Assembly (NCBI GenBank): GCA_963833425.1
Contig: CAWHXP010000008.1
Coordinates: forward strand, 468,578 to 532,577
Source of the DNA: an uncultured Methanosarcinaceae archaeon
GTDB lineage: Archaea > Halobacteriota > Methanosarcinia > Methanosarcinales > Methanosarcinaceae
Reading direction: 5' to 3'
DNA: 64,000 bases
Made by a program: the position numbers and the translations under genes. Under the pieces are notes generated by a model. That model saw only the letters and a list, made by a program, of their open reading frames with translations. It ran no database searches and was not told the origin of the DNA. Of the stretch, positions 13,728 through 26,455 are shown piece by piece; positions within the stretch are counted from its first letter, which is position 1, and every line of letters starts with the position of its first letter.

Positions 13728-14033
13728 ATTTTACTTTTATGAAACAGAATCTCAAGTAAGCTTTCCATTCCTGTTTTAAATTGATTTTTTAGTCCTTTTC
13801 TTAACTATAAAAAAAGAAATTGTTGTCTCTAATGATGCAGAGGTTTTGTGATAAAGACGGTGCAAAAACTATGCGATTCTAAAAATATTTTCTAAACTAC
13901 ATTCTTTAAGTTATTAGAAGAATGGCTAAAGATATACGATCACAAAAAAATTATCTCTCCTTGGCTTTTCGCTGACTCCATGGAGATGCTATGGGCAGCT
14001 CTAAGTGATATGTTTTAGAAATTTTAGTTAAAA

Positions 14034-14330
14034 TTATTTGACCGGCGAATATCCATTGACTATCACTGATTTTGTAATCATAGAATTCTCTCTAAAGGGT
14101 GCAATCTTCAGATACTCCGCCGAATTAAAGCAATTTCTTAACTGTTCTTCGGTTCCGAACTCAATAAGGACTATTCTCTCCGGATTCCAGTTTCCAAACA
14201 TTGGAATAATCTCTCCTCCCTAACCAGATACCTACCTAAGTGTTTTTATTATTTCTGGAGCTTTTTCGACGTATCTAGCATACAGTTCATTGTCAATGAC
14301 TTTGATTTAGATTATCATATAAACCGGCAT
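14034..14330 (-). pseudogene. DUF1330-family protein, with stop and frameshift
   Basis: MPVYMII*IKVIDNELYARYVEKAPEII / GGEIIPMFGNWNPERIVLIEFGTEEQLRNCFNSAEYLKIAPFR. Confidence 0.75.
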
Positions 14331-15052
14331 TTTTTTCCTTCCATCTACTCTCTTTCAAATAGGCAAATATCAACCCCACTTTCATTATAACATATTCTAT
14401 ATGCATCCATGCCAAAAATCCAAATACTAAAGCAAGTAATTGAGCCTTTTTAGATATAAGTTTCTATAGCTTGAATCCATTATTCGGAATATAAATAATA
14501 AAGAGAAAAAGTGTAAATTTTGAGATTCTGACTGCTGGAAATGAATAAAAAATATCAAAGAGTTCAACATTAATTACCAGAACTTCCACTATAACTTTTT
14601 ATGTCTGGATTTTCAGGAAGTAACTTAATGTTTAACTTTTGTTATCCTTGATTAATTTCTGAATGTTAATCTCTGGATTATGCATATATTTTGCTATAAA
14701 GCCTATGTATATTTTCAATGTAAACTCTTCATCACTATTTTATCCACTAGTACCTACCACGAACTAAAAAGTATGCCTTTTAATCTTTTGAAATTAAACT
14801 ATATTTCTATATTAAGTATATATTTTGGATTAAAACTAACGTTCTCATAAAATATTTCATAGGAAAATAAATTTTATTCAGAGACTATTTTTTTAGAATT
14901 AATTTAAAATAATTAACAAACTCACTAAGTAATATAGTTCATCAAAAATTGTTGGTGTAATAAATGTCCACCAACTAATTCCTGTAGCTTGAACAGTTAA
15001 CAAAAACAAATCTCGGTGTAATTATCAATTTAACCTTAATGGAGTGAAATAA

Positions 15053-15319
15053 ATGTTAAAACAATCATCTCGTGGAATAAAAAACACTTGGTATTTTACT
15101 GGCAGTTTGTTTTTTAATGGCTGTGGCCGCTGCATCAGTAAGCGCACACCCAGTTGTGGTTAAGGATAAGAACACAGTTATAGTGGCATTTCAACATGAG
15201 AAGACTAAACTTTTCAAATACCACTATCACCCCCATCACGACCCTGCTGCGACCCCTGCGAAGATATGGACATGGGGATGAACATGAACATGGATCGTAG
15301 AACTGACGATTGGTACTGA
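15053..15319 (+). pseudogene. Small secreted Methanosarcina-type protein, frameshifted
   Basis: GGAGTG RBS, then MLKQSSRGIK / TLGILLAVCFLMAVAAASVSAH signal peptide split by a frameshift. Confidence 0.55.
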
Positions 15320-15699
15320 TCTAGCGATGCATAGACAAATTGACTATCTTATTAACTACGTAAATAATATTTTATTATCATGAGCTTCATGTTAATAGAC
15401 ATTATCTCCATGTATAATTTAAATGGATCGGGCACCTAATTTCGAGGGCAAAAATGATATTATTTAAGGTAATCAAAATTGCCCGATTTCTTTTATAAGT
15501 CTTCTAATTTTAAGCACAGTTTTTTTTGTGCTAAAACCTCCGTATTTTTTTATTTTTGAGCCGGACTTATAGGATATTTTTATCCAATTTCGCAGAAAAT
15601 ACATCGTTTTTATTAAAATATATGTTATATAAAAAGTCAAAAAATTGCTTTATTTATTAAGCGAAGGAAAAAATAAATAAAACTTAAATTATTATTCAA

Positions 15700-15831
15700 C
15701 CTACAAATCGGGTTTATTTGATTTATTTAAAGCGTTTCTTTTTTTGACAAACACAATGGATTCTGTGGGTTAGTTTTAAGTGCTTTGTCAAATGCTTTTA
15801 TTGCTTCATCGGAATCTCCTTTTTTTGTCAT
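15700..15831 (-). pseudogene. Single TPR-motif remnant
   Basis: GGTGA RBS, then MTKKGDSDEAIKAFDKALKTNPQN, followed by a frameshift. Confidence 0.5.
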
Positions 15832-16822
15832 TTATATCTCACCTTCAGATAGTTAGCTGTGGAAATCTTATTTTAATGAAGTACACTTTTTGAGATTGAG
15901 TAGAAAATATATCCTTCAGGTTTTTGTAGAGACTTTTCGGGATTTTCTCCTGTTTTCCCATTTTCTTTTGTACTGATATCATTATTTGCTTTCAGATCAT
16001 TAATTGTCAAGAATGTATTTTGCAAGTGCTAACCCGGATAATCTTCTTACAATCTTCACTAAAGCATATTCCATATTTTACGAATTTATCCACTTGATGG
16101 ACGATATAGTGATTAGTTTGAAAGGATTTGCGTATATATATACTGTATTATATTATTGAGTATAGTACTATGGGTAGTTCTAATCCAATAAAAGAAATCA
16201 AAAGCGCTGTAAAATACTCAAAAAAGAAATAGAACAACATCGATTACCTTAAGGAATGTCATTATTGACCTGGAAATTAGATGACCAACTCATGTGAATT
16301 TTGCCTGAAGAATCCACCTATCAACTTAAAGTTAACAACTATAGAATATTGTTTATATAGTTGATGAGATGATCAATCTGATACCTAAAGCGGATTTTTC
16401 CCGAACTGTTGTCTCCATTTTCACGACTATGGTGCAGGATTCTCACTACTTCAGGTACGGATACCTATATTAGATATATTTGATTATATTCTATTTCAAA
16501 AATTAGGCAGCGTGCATAATTTTCTGTACAATCTGCCCTATACCCTTTAATCTTTTGTTTTGATTACTGTTCAATTATATCCATGGCAGCATAAGGAAAT
16601 ATGTTTTGTAAGTCATTTATATTCAATATGTGATTGCTAAATACACAGTTTTTGTATTAAAATCTCTGAATCCCTTAAGTCCCATCTGAAATAAGGAAGT
16701 ATCGTTGGTATATGACTCATGGAGCCCGTGGGACGGATAGACGAACATAGTCTCGCTTTAATACTGGTGCTGAATTCACTGCGGGAAGTACCTAGCTTAT
16801 AGTACGGCTCTTTATAAACTCA

Positions 16823-17690
16823 CTATTCGATGCGAATTCCCAGTGCATAAGCCTGTGATAATGCTCGGATCTGGGTCTATGACGTCCTTAGATGCAGCTC
16901 TGAAGCTCTGAGCTTGTGAGGTTAGAGGGCTCTAATTTCCAAAGAAAATTTCCCCAATAATTCCAACGAACTTCACCTCCACCACCCACCAAGGCGAAGC
17001 CGGGCTTTACTAAAGCGACAGTTCCTGGATGGGGTGTTTGGTTAGAATCGGCTTTGGTGATGGCTAAGTGACTGTGCCGATTACAATATCTTTTTTGATA
17101 CATATAGGAAATATCTGAAGATTTTAAGGGTCTGAGATACCGTGATCCTAAGAACAAGCCATCCAAGAAAACTCTGTTATAGGGAAGGAAGCTGTTCCAA
17201 GGTTCCCATCACCATGCCAGTCTACCCTGAATCCCCCACCAACTAATACAAAATCATCAGATGGAACACCAGTTTCAGCTTCAGAGTGTGACGCCACTCC
17301 GCTGGCATCCGTACTGAAGTGCATTGAATCTAGCAACTGCTTCCTACCCATTTCCTTAATCTTTCTTCCGATTACATAGGTGATTAGTTCGTGTGGATGA
17401 GGTACCAGCGGTCTTTAGAACTAACAACCCATCCTGCTAGATCATTGTTCGGATAAGAGGCAGTCAATAATGCTCTATAAGGAGATTGATCAATAGTTTT
17501 GCTACCACCGCCGATAGCTAGCATATCATCGTCACCGACTAATATTTTTTTATCTATCAAATACTCTTTCGGAGGACTAGATATGTGCGAGAATAAAGAC
17601 ATGGTGAATAATCCTGAAGTGTCATTAAATGTAATGTTGTAAGTTCCTGCTGAGCTCTGCTGAATCCCTAGTTCTGTTGTAGTGATCTCG
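16823..17690 (-). pseudogene. Protein with three ~60-aa LxGGG...(S)xP...SKD repeats, frameshifted
   Basis: LAIGGGS..LLTASYPNNDLAGWVVSSKD; LVGGGFRVDWHGDGNLGTASFP..WMACS*DH; LVGGGGEVRWNYWGNFLWKLEP..ASKD..YALGIRIE*. Confidence 0.7.
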
Positions 17691-18401
17691 CGCTTATTCT
17701 ACCTATATTTCTTAAAATTAGTATTTTTCGCCTATCCCTCTTTATGTAAGGCGCTATATAAAATAGTAACATATTTATAAATATAACCCTATTTTAAAGT
17801 TCACATTGCCTATACTTACAAAGAAGATAAATTTTGATCTTTTTATCATTGATATTTTTTGCAATCCCGTCAAATTTGGTAGAAGCATATTTTTCACTCA
17901 TAAATGATTATTTCTTCGATCAGAAAAATGGAATTCACAATCCCATTACTAATTTTTAAACCTTGCATTGGTAAAGGAAGCTTTTCTTCAATTTGGTGTT
18001 AAACGCTTTGATAGAACTTATTCCTTACAAACACTCTCTTGCAAGTATACTGGTATATTCCTATTTACAATGGAATGATAGAGTTTATAGACACATAGGT
18101 GAAAATCAATTTCTTCATGTTTTTGTGCAGATTGGAAATAATTATCAAATTGAATAAAGAATTTTAAAATAATAAAAAAATTATTATAAATATTTAATTG
18201 TTTTTTTCTGATTGTGAAACATTTTATGTGATTTTATTTTTTGTTTAGAAACTATTTTTCGTGTAATTAATTTAAAATAATTTTGCAATTTTTGTAAATA
18301 AGTGCGAAATATATGCTGAAACAATAAGTTAGTAAATAAAAAAGGTATCCTTAATCTTCTATCAGAAAAATATATTTATATAGATAACTTAGGGAAATGA
18401 A

Positions 18402-18992
18402 ATGAAAGTTCTTTATGTTTAAGCAAATCCTGAACCTAAATCATTTAACTCTACACTAAAAGATATAGCTCTTGATACACTGAAAGAAATAGGACATGAG
18501 ATAATACTTTCCAGAACGAAAAAATTTGGAGGTGTTTAAACCTTTCTTAGAAGCTATAAAGGCATCAAAGCAAGGAACTTTCGCTCCGGACATTAAGGAA
18601 GAGATGGAAAAAGTGAAATGGGCGAATCTGCTAATTTTTCAGTTCCCGATTTACTACACAGCCGTGCCAGCGATTATGAAAGGCTGGATAGACCGCATTC
18701 TGGCTCCAGGATTCGGTTTTAATCCTATCACTAACAGTATCTATGATACCGGCCTTTTAAAAGGCAAATACGCAATGCTTGTTACACCACCGGATCTCCA
18801 AAAAATATGTATTCCGAAGAAGGAGCACATGGAGACCTTAACAGACATCTAGAATCATTAACTCACTGCGTATTTGAAGACATAGGATTGAAAGTTCTTC
18901 CTTCTTACATAATTTACGAAGCAAGCAATATGTTAAAAGAAAGAGGGACTAAAGAACTGGAAAATTGCAAGACACACCTGCTTCAATTTTGA
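18402..18992 (+). pseudogene. NAD(P)H:quinone oxidoreductase (flavodoxin-2 / KefF-MdaB family)
   Basis: MKVLYV*ANPEPKSFN, then FQFPIYYTAVPAIMKGWIDRI. Has a stop, an internal deletion and frameshifts. Confidence 0.85.
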
Positions 18993-19106
18993 CTTTGGGA
19001 AAGAAAGCTTGGAAACACATCATCACAAATGGATAGGATAAACTAGGAAAATTCAAAAACCTATTGCAAGGGTTGAGATTAAGCCATTTATTAACCGATG
19101 GTGAAA

Positions 19107-19308
19107 GGCGTATATCTGTTAAAATCCATGAGATCAGGACCACATATTTTTGTGCTAATTAGTTTAAGTTAGTACTACTTAGACAACATACAATAATTAT
19201 ATAATTAATTGAATCTAGTTTTAATTTATAGATTTTCTGCGACTATCAAGTAGATCTGCCATCTAGCTGCAGGTATTTCTTCACCTGCAGCACACAAGAT
19301 AAATTTTT
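19107..19308 (+). repeat. Dispersed ~200-bp intergenic element, copy A (candidate ncRNA)
   Basis: agatcaggaccacata..ctaattagtttaagttagtac..gctgcagg-N10-cctgcagc-acacaagat followed by a T-tract. Confidence 0.75.
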
Positions 19309-19327
19309 AGATGCCCACTCATTCATA

Positions 19328-19627
19328 TTAGGCGCCTTCGGGAGTACTTGGTGATCTTCGACGATTTAATATCACAATGTCACCGATATTAATGCCAGTG
19401 GGTGGCTCACTAAATACAGGAACGCCATCGCTACAATAAGTAGGAGCTTCATCGGGATTAATATGATAGGGCTGGCTACTCTCATAGTAGGTATGATAGT
19501 TATCGCCGGCATTGCCCGATAATACAGCTGTCAAAGTACTACTAAAAGGATTGCAAGCGAAATAGTTAGTACCTTTTTTTATTTTACTAGATAATTGCAT
19601 GTTCATTATTTTCAACAGCGTATACAC
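19328..19627 (-). other. Orphan ORF fragment next to an IS end
   Basis: 99-aa ORF with coding-like composition and no recognisable family; an IS5-like left end lies at ~19645. Confidence 0.3.
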
Positions 19628-19644
19628 ATGATTTAGTTTTATTT

Positions 19645-19675
19645 TAGAGAATTTCGATAACCCCTAATTCTTGAC
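19645..19675. mobile_element. Solo IS5-like left end
   Basis: tagagaatttcgataacc is identical to the left end at 8910. Confidence 0.7.
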
Positions 19676-19734
19676 TGATGCATGCATATCTCTAGAGTAA
19701 TTATTTGAAATTATTTATGAAAATTTAAAACGTT

Positions 19735-20160
19735 TATACTCCTCAACATCTTCAAGGTCCTTTTGTATAAACCGGTAATCGTTGTAAATAAGGTGCTAGA
19801 GGTCGAACGTTTCAGATATCCATTCTGTATCCACAAGATATTGGTCCGACTAGATGAACACAGGAACCTGGTACTTTTCAGCAAGCTCAAAAGCTTTATT
19901 GGTTAAGTAAAAAATCTGTTTTGGATTTCCGGACTCAAAAATTACTCTAGGAAACTCTCCATGTACTGCATGAAGAATAAAAAGCAAGTCTGCCTGCTCC
20001 GTACGTTTCGGCAAACCGGTTGCAGGTCCAGGACGCTGCATTTCTGCAATCACAATAAGAGTTTTGGTAATCCCTGCCAGAGAAAGACCTTCTACCATCA
20101 GAGCAAATCCTCCGGCTGAAGTTCCGATTATTGCTCTTACGCCTGCAAAAGCGTGTTCCG
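19735..20160 (-). pseudogene. 2-oxoacid:ferredoxin oxidoreductase alpha-subunit internal fragment
   Basis: GTSAGGFALMVEGLSLAG..QRPGPATGLP.RTEQADL..HGEFPR..AEKYQVPVFI*SDQYL; truncated at both ends. Confidence 0.85.
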
Positions 20161-20956
20161 CGTTAACCAGTTCACAATATTGTTTTGTTGGCTCTTCCCA
20201 ATCCATATCCTTTGCGAGGAGGGAAACTTCCTTGCATAGGAGTCTATACTTTACCCTGCCTTCGATGAAAATCCTCGTAAAGTAGCTAACCGCAAGAACA
20301 TAATTAAGAACTGATCCAGAATAGGAAAGATCAATGTTATCTGTATATGAATTATCTTTTTTTTCAATCCAATCAATATTTAGCCTAGTGATACTATCTG
20401 CTATTCGTCGTTGGCTAAGATTAGTTAAACTTTTGTTTCTAATGTGATCTTTAACCCAGCCCGCTATACAACATGCCAGATAATGATCATATTGATTCAG
20501 GATCTTTCCAACGTTTAAAATGAATGTTTAGGGCAAATATTTCAGCGTAGATTTTGCCACATCGTCCATAAATATAGAATAAATCAGTGTTGATGCAGAC
20601 TGTTTTTAAATGTTTAGTATAAATTGTTTCGATAATATCACTATATGATTCTGAAAAAAAAGTATTATATTCTTCATTCATGTTCTCATTAGTTTTATGT
20701 GGGTATTTTAAGTTATATAAGTATGTTGTTCTTTAATTAATTTTTTGAGATAAAAAGATTGTGTTTGTGGATTAACTATATAGCTTTTATTCCGAAACAA
20801 TTTTGTATCATCAATTAAAAATAATATGGGAAATAATAACCATCCGGTTGCAATAAATCGCTTATATAAACTTTACAAACAATTTTTAGAAATAAGATAT
20901 CAAAATATACTAATATTTTGTCCACTGTTAAAGTATAAAGTCAAAAAATATTATCA

Positions 20957-21200
20957 ATGAAAGAGATCTTTAAACTTGTGCGAAGGGCATTCTATGGTGG
21001 GAAAGAGGTCTATATGGAGATCGTTATGGTTGATATATGTGAGCTTCTGACTGCAGAACAGAAGAAAAAAGTTGCAGTAATGAGAATGGATGAATTCATA
21101 CAAATTTTAGAAATAAATATATAAGGTATGAAGAACTGATTTAGCTAAAAAAAGAAGCTATCGCTATATTAAAAAAGTTCAAGAAATGCTCAAAAAATAA
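20957..21200 (+). pseudogene. Small coiled-coil hypothetical protein remnant
   Basis: ELLTAEQKKKVAVMRMD..IQILE followed by stops. Confidence 0.35.
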
Positions 21201-21555
21201 AAATAAAATTAACAGAATATGATAATAGAATTGTGTCCTGCCCAAATTATATCAAATAACGAATTCCTCCAACTATTAATATAGCCTTCAAAAGCTAAAT
21301 TTTTTCCGGATAAATATAGCAATTTTTTGGCTCTTTAAAATAACATATATTTATTAAAAACAATGCGTTCCCTCCACAATTATATAGAAATGCATTACTT
21401 CGGCTTAAAAATGAGAAACCTCATCGATTTTGATACAAAATCGGTGCATCTCAAGGTTAAAATAATTCAACTTTTAAACCAAAACTATAATCGCTATTCA
21501 ATAATTTTATTATGAAATCAAAATACTCATAGTACTGATTACAGGTTACAAATTT

Positions 21556-21859
21556 TTACATTCCCCGTGTTGCTCGGTCTCCTGCCTGATCTGCTTCTTT
21601 TTGGCAAACATATGCACCAGTCTTGGTGTTCCCGTACCCACGTTGACCTTTGTAATGATAGATGCCTGTTCGAAGATTAAGCCAAACAACAGTATCTGTT
21701 GGACAATGCGATTTGGCTGCTTGCTCTGTGCTGAATTGTTGTAGTCCGTTGCTGCTGTGATGGGGTGCTTCCGCACTTATTGCCGAAGCTGTTACCGTTG
21801 CCAGGCCATTAACAGCAAAACAGCGATTATTTTATGAATTTGTTTTGCTATAGAGCCAT
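21556..21859 (-). pseudogene. Small secreted Cys-containing protein of bacterial type, frameshifted in the signal peptide
   Basis: GLATVTASA..FSTEQAAKSHCPTDTVVWLNLRTGIYHYKGQRGYGNTKTGAYVCQKEADQAGDRATR, in a frame not shown in the ORF track. Confidence 0.7.
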
Positions 21860-22692
21860 TATTCCTTATTTTTAACTTTTTGGGAGACAAAGTTTTGCAC
21901 AAAATTCGTTAGCTCTTTATAAATGAATTTAATTGGCATGCAATATTTCATGGGGGGAAAAATTGTAGCATTTGGGAGGTTACTTGGATAGTTACGAAAA
22001 TGTGCTATTTCAAATATTTTATACCGAGACTAAATTCTATTGTCGTTTCTCTGTCGAACGTTTGCTACTTCCCAGTATTATTTTTAATTAATGATACAAA
22101 AATAGTTTCTGAATCAAATTTACTTTCCAATAAAATATTTTAAAGTAAAAAAAATAATTATATACTGATAATATCTTGATATTTCCCAAAGTCTTCAGAT
22201 TTTAACATTAGATTTCTCTAAAAAACAATATGGAGTGATTTAACAAACTCTCTGCAATTTTGAGTGAAAAATTATATGCCCACTTCCCAAATTGAGATGT
22301 AATCTGCATAAAATTCTAATAAATTTATTGTGAAATATCAAGTTTTTATCGATGGCAATCTCTTTAGAATATCACTTTTCAACTCAATAATTATTTCCAA
22401 TCTGCACAAAAACGTGAAGAAACAAATTTTCACTCAAGTGTCTGTAAACTCGATCATTCCGCAAGAGTAGAGAAATATACAAATTTATACCGATCACATC
22501 AATAAATGCAAAAAAAGTCTTTAAAACACATAGGTAAAATAAATAAACCCACTTGATATCTAGTTTATCACTAACTATGCAGAGTATAACATCAGTTATA
22601 GGCATATGATGAAAATCAGGAGTTTTTATTGAAATTTCCTATAACATAAAAGGATTTAAATAAAAATAACCGGAATACTGGATTGAGAGAAA

Positions 22693-23181
22693 ATGAATAC
22701 AACCAAGCAAAAGGCAATCGTATCACTCATTGTCGTTATTCTAACAGCATTTATACCCTTAGGAGCAGCAGCTCCTGTAGGGATATCAGAATCTGCAGTA
22801 GTGGAAGCTGCAAAAAATTGGATTGGAATTGAATCGGTGCACGGTGGCAATAATAGCTCAGGCATTGATTGTTCTCACCTAATATATCAAGTATACAATC
22901 AAGTCGGAGTCAAAGATATAATCTTCCAAACTGTGCCTGATATGAAAAATAATGCATATTATGTTAAAATAAGATCTCCCACTCCTGGAGACATAATCTT
23001 TTGGGAAAAGGATGTCACTAAGAACAACAAAAAATATTGGCTTTCCGTTCATGCTGGAATATACATAGGAAACGAGCAATTTGTACACACATCTTTTGAC
23101 ACAAAAAAAGTTGCCATAGATATTATCAGTGGTCCATATCAAGATGGAATGCCATACTTTGTAAAATGGTCACATGCTTAA
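22693..23181 (+). CDS. Secreted NlpC/P60 (C40) cysteine peptidase
   Basis: Signal peptide; GIDCSHL (catalytic Cys), PGDIIF and HAGIYIGNEQFVH (His pair). Confidence 0.9.
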   Translation: MNTTKQKAIVSLIVVILTAFIPLGAAAPVGISESAVVEAAKNWIGIESVHGGNNSSGIDCSHLIYQVYNQVGVKDIIFQTVPDMKNNAYYVKIRSPTPGDIIFWEKDVTKNNKKYWLSVHAGIYIGNEQFVHTSFDTKKVAIDIISGPYQDGMPYFVKWSHA

Positions 23182-23296
23182 GAGGATTTCGATTTACTTC
23201 TTATTTTTTTTCTTCGCAAAAATCGCATCCAAATCTTTCCCGCGAATTTTTGTATTTGACCTTATTTTTTCTTTTCCAGTTTGAAATTCTTTAATT

Positions 23297-24030
23297 TCAA
23301 CAATGACTCCCTCTAACTTGTTCTGAGACTTTAGCAGTGTTTGTTGCTGTGTCAATTACACAAACATTGTTGCCCCAATTTGTAAGATATCTACTTTTTC
23401 CATTTGGTGTGACTGCAACTCCACCAGAGATATTTTCCGGCACGATTGCGGCTGTAACAGTATTAATTTTTGTATTAATTACAGAGACAGTATTGTTGCC
23501 AGTGTTCGCTACGTACACTTTCGTTCTATCCTGGCTGACTGCAACTCCATAGGATAATTCCCATAATTGTCAAGATCTACATGCACTATGCCTGTTTCAG
23601 TATCTGTGACTGTATCAATTACAGCGACAGTTTTGTCAGAATCGTTTGTCACATATACCCTTGTTCCATCTGGGTTGACCGCAACTCATGTGGGATAATC
23701 TCTTACAGACACTATGGATGTAACTTGTTTGTGAATGTGTTAATTATATATACTGCCGAGTGTGGATCCATATGGTTTGCCACATAAACCTTTGTTCCAT
23801 CTAATGTGGCTGTAACGCCAGCAGGCCCTGCTCCTATTCCAGAGGTTGGGATTCTACAGTTGCTGTTGCTATAGCAGTGCTAGTTGCTGCGTCAATAACA
23901 GAAACCTTGTTGCTACAAGAGTCAGCAATATATGAAAAGGGTGCTGCACCTGCGATACTTACCAGCACTAAAATTATGGCTATTGAGACTCAGGCTGTTG
24001 AACATAATTTGTGTTTATTGATCATACATT
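23297..24030 (-). pseudogene. YVTN beta-propeller cell-surface protein, multiply frameshifted
   Basis: AGAAPFSYI, YVANTGNNTVSVINT and GVAVTPNG repeats spread across frames. Confidence 0.85.
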
Positions 24031-26034
24031 TCAACGCCTTCACCAATGTCATTAAGCAGAAAACTCGAAAACCATTACTTCTGATGGGAATAGATAAAAA
24101 TATAATTAGGCGAAAATACAGAATAAATTGATAAACATCAATCTTTGAAGGACAAATTACTTAGCTAATAAAAATAAACAGTTGTTCATTATGTCTAATC
24201 TTACTGCTGAATAAATTTCAAAAACAAAGGACAATTTGCGATTGATTAGCTTATTTTATTTTTTTCAGGTGAGTAACCATCATTTTATAAATAATAATTA
24301 ATCTAAAAAAATTCATATCTACAAATAATTTCTTTCCAATAGAAAAAACAAATGAAGAGCCCTGAACATCGATAATCAAAAGGTTCAAGTTAGATTAGAT
24401 TCTTTTACTTCATTCTCTCAGGTTAGATGATATCGATAATTTTTTCCCCATTTGATCTAAAAAATCGGTTATTTTCAGCCCACACTATTTATATTTTTAC
24501 ATGAAAATTTCCTTGGAATAATGATCTTTCATTCCGGAATGCTGTCGTTGTGTTCTATGGTGTCAAGATTACTTATTCTGATAATAATTAGTTAAAGTTA
24601 TTGCTACTTAGAATATATGCAAAGAAACATGGAGCAAACAGAATAAACAGTAAGATTTATCCAGCTATGGCTATTTCGGAAGCTATAGATGACAAAATTT
24701 AGACTTTCTAGAATCCGAATGTCAAAATATCAACACCGGGATTTCTGAAAAAAGATATGTGCATATATCTTCACTGGCTTTATAACGTGTAGATTTCTTA
24801 TTTTCATCATTTTTTTCTGCATTTACAAGCCTATTAGCAGAATCAAATAGGTGATCCGTTTAAGGTGTGTAGACTTAAGTTTGGAGGCAAATTGAAAAAA
24901 TTCTTGAATAGTAATTTTTGCGGTGGAACTTTGGTAGTTCAAATATTATATAGGAACCCAATTTTGGTATTTTTGAGTATTACATAGCTCATTTTTTTTT
25001 TGTGTTGCTAAATCATGCTGTGAAGATAAACAAATTTTGAAAATGTTCTTGCACTAAATTTAAAACTAGCCAAGAAGCTCGTTCTATAACTGATTTTTCA
25101 CCTTATTATTTCTCTTTCACATCCTTTGCAAATTATATCTCCTGTATTTTTAGGATTTTTAATGCAGACCCCTCCATTTTTGCATGGAACTATGAGTTTT
25201 GTTCTAGCATTCACCAGGTTGCTTTTATTTCTCTTTTTTTTTATCATCGCTTCCTCTATTCTAATTCGTTAATTTATTCTGCAAAATGTTTAAGCCTTAC
25301 CAAATTCTACAAATTTCTCATGATATAACACATTCGGATATTGCTGGACTAATTTTAGAATCTATCAATAAATTATTTGACCATCAAATATTTTGATACT
25401 TTGTTCACCTCTTTTTCTTATTGATGTCACAGCATAACAACAGTTTTATTAACACCACTTTCTAAAGACTTAGTATTTAAAATAATGTTTCATATAGTCA
25501 TATAGCTACAATACCTCTCTCACTAGCTCTGTAACATGATTTCATTGACAAAAGTAATTCTATTTATTGGATACCTAGTACTCTGCTATCAAATTTTAAG
25601 ACAAAATCAGATATTTTTCTCAATTTCAAATTTATTAATATTCATAAAAAGATTTTTAGAAATATCAAAATGTAATTTAAATTGTTAGTTATATTTAATA
25701 GGTTATGACACTGAAAATTCTCCGTATGCTACAGTACCGTGCCTGTTGGATCCTGTCCTTATGGAGCTGCAATCACACCAAAAGGAACAAGTGTACATGC
25801 TGCGATTAAAAAGATGAAAAATGGTTTTATTTCTATTTCCATTAAATGGATATTAAAGCCGAAATAACAAACTTAGATCCTGGATTCCGGTAGTTCGCAA
25901 TTTATAAAAGAGCAAAACATCCATACCGTTACAAGTGGAGTCAGGAAAAACTGACTTCATTCTCGCTTTATTGGAACTTGTCGAGGTCCATATTTTTTAT
26001 TTGGGTATCCAAAATTTTTTCACTTTTAAGTCCA

Positions 26035-26245
26035 CAAAAGTTTGCTACGAATACCGATGCATGACATAAGGCAGCTCAAAGATCAAAACTACACTATTTG
26101 GTCGCTGATTAGTTTAAGTCAGTATTATATATTCAAAAAATATATATTAAATTAAATTTAATTATTATTTGTCTTTCACCCCATGAAGTAGACATTCGAT
26201 CGGGCTGTAGGCATATCCCCCCTGCAGCTCACAGATCAATTTTTT
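26035..26245 (+). repeat. Dispersed element copy B
   Basis: gcagctcaaagatc..gattagtttaagtcagta..gctgtagg-N9-cctgcagc-tcacagatcaattttttt. Confidence 0.75.
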
Positions 26246-26357
26246 GATATTAAAATCAGCCCGGTTATCTAGGCTAATAAACTAAAATAGAAAAAATATA
26301 ATTTTGGAATTTGAGCATATAATCGACCAATATCATATTTTTATTGCATATATATCT

Positions 26358-26455
26358 GCAAAAGTTTGCTGTGGATACTGTACAAAGACATAAAGTAACC
26401 CAAAGATCAGGACCAGCAACGTTAAAACTAATTAGTTTAAGCTAGTGCTAATATA
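26358..26455 (+). repeat. Dispersed element partial copy C (local duplicate of the 5' half of B)
   Basis: aaaagtttgct..gacataa..caaagatcaggacca..ctaattagtttaagctagt. Confidence 0.7.

Noticed and set aside
17880..18130. Possible IS6-like transposase remnant (LPMQGLK, minus strand)
   Set aside because: Too degenerate to support and no TIRs found.
19850..19852. In-frame TAG in the oxoacid oxidoreductase fragment as a possible pyrrolysine codon
   Set aside because: The gene is truncated at both ends and frameshifted downstream; a simple nonsense mutation is more likely.
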